A stretch of DNA of 64,000 bases from positions 1 to 64,000 of the forward strand of contig JAVJQW010000022.1 of the NCBI GenBank assembly GCA_040218735.1, in the 5' to 3' direction. This document shows positions 60,293 to 64,000 of this stretch, piece after piece. Source of the stretch: Deltaproteobacteria bacterium. Lineage in GTDB: Bacteria > Myxococcota > Kuafuiibacteriia > Kuafuiibacteriales > Kuafuiibacteriaceae. A program made the translations under genes and the position numbers. Positions within the stretch are counted from its first letter, which is position 1. Each line of letters begins with the position of its first letter. Under the pieces are notes generated by a model. It saw only the letters and a list, made by a program, of their open reading frames with translations. It did no database searches and was not told the DNA's origin.

Positions 60293-63163
60293 TCAGGGCC
60301 CCCAGATCTCGTCGCGGTAGCCGCGGACGCGTGCGTCGTAGTCGACGTTGAAGCGGCTGCGGTCGGGGTTCGGGTCGTTCGCGGGTCCGCTGATCACCGG
60401 CGCCACGAAGAAGTCCACGAACTCGCGGTTGAACGCCTTCGTGGGGGCGTTGTGGGCGATGCGTGCGATCGAGCGGTAGAAGGCGTCCTTCTCCTCGGCG
60501 CCCCATCCCAGCTCCGCGGGGAGTGTGTGCTCCGGGAAGACCTCGCGCGCCTTGTCGTAGTTGCGCTCGTACAACCCCATCCCCGCGAGGATGTTGCCGC
60601 GCGCGTCCTTGTAGAACCGGTCGCCGAACCGCGTGTCGTAGTGGAGGTTGTCGGCGCCGTCGAACGCGATCCGCACCTGCTCGGGGACGTCCTTGATCTT
60701 GAACGTGCCGCGGCTCTTCAGCGATGACGGCGTGTAGGCGTGCTCCGGCCGACCGTAGCGCGCGTTCACCTGCTGCGCGGCCGCCTCGTACGTCAGCCCG
60801 TCGGCCTCCATGAGGTTCGCGACCTCGATCTCCTTACGCCACCCCGCGACGTCCGGGAGCAGCCCGTGCTCTTGGTTGTACGCGCGGTTCTCCGCGGCCT
60901 CCTCCTCGGACACCGTCGCGAAGTAGTTGCGCGCGCCGCGCACCGACTCCCGCGCCGCCCAGTGCAGCGGGTTCATTGTGTCGTCCGTGAACCACTGCTT
61001 GCCGGCGTCGCCCGCCGCCGCGAGGACACCGTCGTCCGTCGACCGGATGATCGCGTTGTCGAAGTTGCTCTCCTGCACGCCGATCGCGATGAGGTCCTGG
61101 AAGGTGCGGTCCGCGTGCTGGGGGCTGATGCCGTACTCCTCACCGAACTCGCGCCGTACGTCCTGGTAGGCCGAGACGTACTCGTTCACCGCGTGACGCT
61201 CGTCGGCGTCGGTGAGCTGCACCGCGCCCGTGAAGGCCCCCGCGTCCTGCCACTGCCGCTTCGCCTCCGTGGCGCGCTCGGCGTCGAGGTGACGCGCGCG
61301 CACCGCGTCCGTGTCGGTGAACGGCTCGGCGCGGAAGACGGAGATCGCGCGGTAGTGCAGCGGCGATCGCGACAGGTCGTTGATCGGCTCGCGGTACACC
61401 TCACCCGCGAAGTTGTGTTCGACGATCGGCACGCCGTCCTTGTTGCGACCGACGACCACACCGCTGTGACGCACACCCTCTTCGAACGCGAGGTCGTCGT
61501 AGCGCTGCGTGTGTTTGCTCATCCGGCCGTTGCCGAGCGAGACGAAGTCGCCGACCTGGATGTCGTCGTACGCGCCGCTCACCGGTCCTTCGCCGCGCTG
61601 CCAGACGGATTCGCCGCCGTTGTCGAGGACGACGCCGCGTTTGTGCCACGCGCCGAACCCTTCGCGACCGACGCCCGTCGGGTCGCCGGTCTCCTCGAGC
61701 ATCCGCCCGTAGGAGACACCGGCGATCTCCGCCGCGCGCCGCGTGGTGTGGAAGGAGCACGCCTCCCACTCGTCGTGCATGCGCTGGAGGCGCTCCTTCT
61801 CGGCCGGGTCGTCCGTCGCGTCGATGCGTTTCTGCAAGCGAGCTTGCTGGACCTCGACCTCGCGCGTGCCGCGCCCGTACACGCCGGGCTCGAAGTTCTC
61901 GAGCTCCGGCAGGTACAGCTCGCGGTCCGCGTTCGGCGACTGGGGTCCGTCGTCGTTCGTGACCTCAGCGTCACCACCCGTCGGGAGGCCGGTGGGCAAC
62001 CCGGCGGGGAAGAGCTTCGCGACGGTATCCTCGCCGACCACGCCGTCCGGGCTCAGCCCGTTCGCGCGCTGGAAGCGCTGGACCGCCTGCTTGGTGCCGC
62101 CGCCGAACACACCGTCGGCGTTCGGTCTACCGGCCGCGCTCGACGGCGCGAGGTGGCCGCTGTCGATCAGCGCGCGCTGAATCGACCGCACCGACTCGCC
62201 GCCCATGCCGCGCTTGATCAGCGCATCGCCGCTCGCCGCCGCTTCGAGATCCGGCGCGTCGGTGTAGCCGGCCGGCAGCTCGATCGGGTCGGCGCGGACG
62301 TTGGCGTTCCGCTGCGTCGTCGGTCGCTCGACCTCCGGCTCGGCGGCCGGCTGGAGCTTCCCGAGCGTGGCTGGCCCCACGACGCCGTCCGGCCCGAGGC
62401 CGTTCGCTCGCTGGAAGGCCTGCACGGCGTTCTTCGTCTCGAGATCGAAGACCCCCCGCGCGTTGCTCCCGCCGCGCGCGTTGGTGGGCGCGAGGTGCCC
62501 GGACTCGATCAGGCTGCGCTGCACGTCGCGCACCGAATCCCCCGCCATCCCGCGCTTCATCAGCCCTTCGCCGGCCCGGATCTGCGCGGCGGTCGGCGCC
62601 GCCTTGAAGCCGGCCGGGATCTCCACCGGCGCATCGGCGATGGGCGGCGCGACGGTCGGCGCGGGCGGCCCCATCTGCGGCGGGATGCGCGCGGTGACGG
62701 CCGGCGGGGGCGGCGGCGCCTTCGGGAGGTGGGGCTGCAGCTGCTGCTGCGCCTCGCGGTCGAGCATGTTCATCGCCGCGGTGCGATCACTCGGGCGCAT
62801 GCTGCGGAGGTCGCGGCTCAGGGGCTGAAAGCCGCCGGCCTTCAGGACCTCCTTCGCGGTGACGGTGCCGTCGGCCTCCTCGAGACCGACGAGCGACCAC
62901 AAGCTGTCTTGTCCGTTGTCGTACTTGGCGCGGAACTCGGAGTAGCTCAGCCCCTGGGGTCCCTGCGTGAGCCGCTGGAGGGCGAGCGCCTCGTCACTGC
63001 CTTCGGCGGGAGCGTCCGCGGGATCGAGGCGGGCCGCTTCGACGGTCGGCTCCGCGGCCGGGTCGACGTTCGTATCGGTGATTGCGGGCGAGGTGCCGGG
63101 CTGACCGACGCTGACCGACTTCGACACACCCTGATTGAACGGGGTGCGCACGGGGGACCGCAA
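60293..63163 (-). CDS. Peptidoglycan-binding protein with putative CHAP/NlpC-like amidase and lysozyme-like domains
   Basis: Two PG_binding_1 repeats (AVQAFQRANGLGPDGVVGPAT); C (EACSFH) ... H (RHSGVV) ... VEHN; AIGVQESNF. Confidence 0.75.
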   Translation of the reverse strand: MRSPVRTPFNQGVSKSVSVGQPGTSPAITDTNVDPAAEPTVEAARLDPADAPAEGSDEALALQRLTQGPQGLSYSEFRAKYDNGQDSLWSLVGLEEADGTVTAKEVLKAGGFQPLSRDLRSMRPSDRTAAMNMLDREAQQQLQPHLPKAPPPPPAVTARIPPQMGPPAPTVAPPIADAPVEIPAGFKAAPTAAQIRAGEGLMKRGMAGDSVRDVQRSLIESGHLAPTNARGGSNARGVFDLETKNAVQAFQRANGLGPDGVVGPATLGKLQPAAEPEVERPTTQRNANVRADPIELPAGYTDAPDLEAAASGDALIKRGMGGESVRSIQRALIDSGHLAPSSAAGRPNADGVFGGGTKQAVQRFQRANGLSPDGVVGEDTVAKLFPAGLPTGLPTGGDAEVTNDDGPQSPNADRELYLPELENFEPGVYGRGTREVEVQQARLQKRIDATDDPAEKERLQRMHDEWEACSFHTTRRAAEIAGVSYGRMLEETGDPTGVGREGFGAWHKRGVVLDNGGESVWQRGEGPVSGAYDDIQVGDFVSLGNGRMSKHTQRYDDLAFEEGVRHSGVVVGRNKDGVPIVEHNFAGEVYREPINDLSRSPLHYRAISVFRAEPFTDTDAVRARHLDAERATEAKRQWQDAGAFTGAVQLTDADERHAVNEYVSAYQDVRREFGEEYGISPQHADRTFQDLIAIGVQESNFDNAIIRSTDDGVLAAAGDAGKQWFTDDTMNPLHWAARESVRGARNYFATVSEEEAAENRAYNQEHGLLPDVAGWRKEIEVANLMEADGLTYEAAAQQVNARYGRPEHAYTPSSLKSRGTFKIKDVPEQVRIAFDGADNLHYDTRFGDRFYKDARGNILAGMGLYERNYDKAREVFPEHTLPAELGWGAEEKDAFYRSIARIAHNAPTKAFNREFVDFFVAPVISGPANDPNPDRSRFNVDYDARVRGYRDEIWGP

Positions 63164-63181
63164 GTAGCGGTCGCCCGAATC

Positions 63182-64000
<819 letters not shown>

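Overview
Very GC-rich bacterial window; the gene content (Cys-rich lipoproteins, Ser/Thr kinase-AAA-TPR, PEGA/TPR, ACIII-caa3 operon, delta-type EF-G) suggests a myxobacterium or related deltaproteobacterium (inference). From left to right: the 5' end of a probable group II intron running off the left edge; lipoproteins; a stand-alone C-A-T-TE NRPS; radC; a complete alternative complex III plus caa3 oxidase operon; a GlxA/DJ-1 pair; PPTase, rimO, flippase-like gene, ugd and an SDR; an 8-tRNA array; a GT4; an FHA/VirD4-like ATPase locus; fusA with an ATPase-SLOG neighbour; a KAS III-acyltransferase-CMD cassette; a kinase signalling cluster; a peptidoglycan-binding hydrolase; and the 3' part of katG. 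Two candidate undescribed systems stand out. (1) At 30020-31441 an array of non-canonical tRNAs (Arg-GCG, Leu-AAG, short-arm Leu) lies behind a 36-codon leader peptide containing a cognate codon for every tRNA in the array, together with a full set of 1:2, 2:3 and 3:4 attenuator helices. This looks like a ribosome-sensed backup tRNA supply. (2) At 33384-41122 a soluble VirD4/TraD-like ATPase, with no other T4SS genes in the window, sits with three paralogous helical proteins that have different C-termini (one PD-(D/E)XK-like) and three copies of an unrecognised 4-Cys domain. All calls are by eye; no database searches were run.
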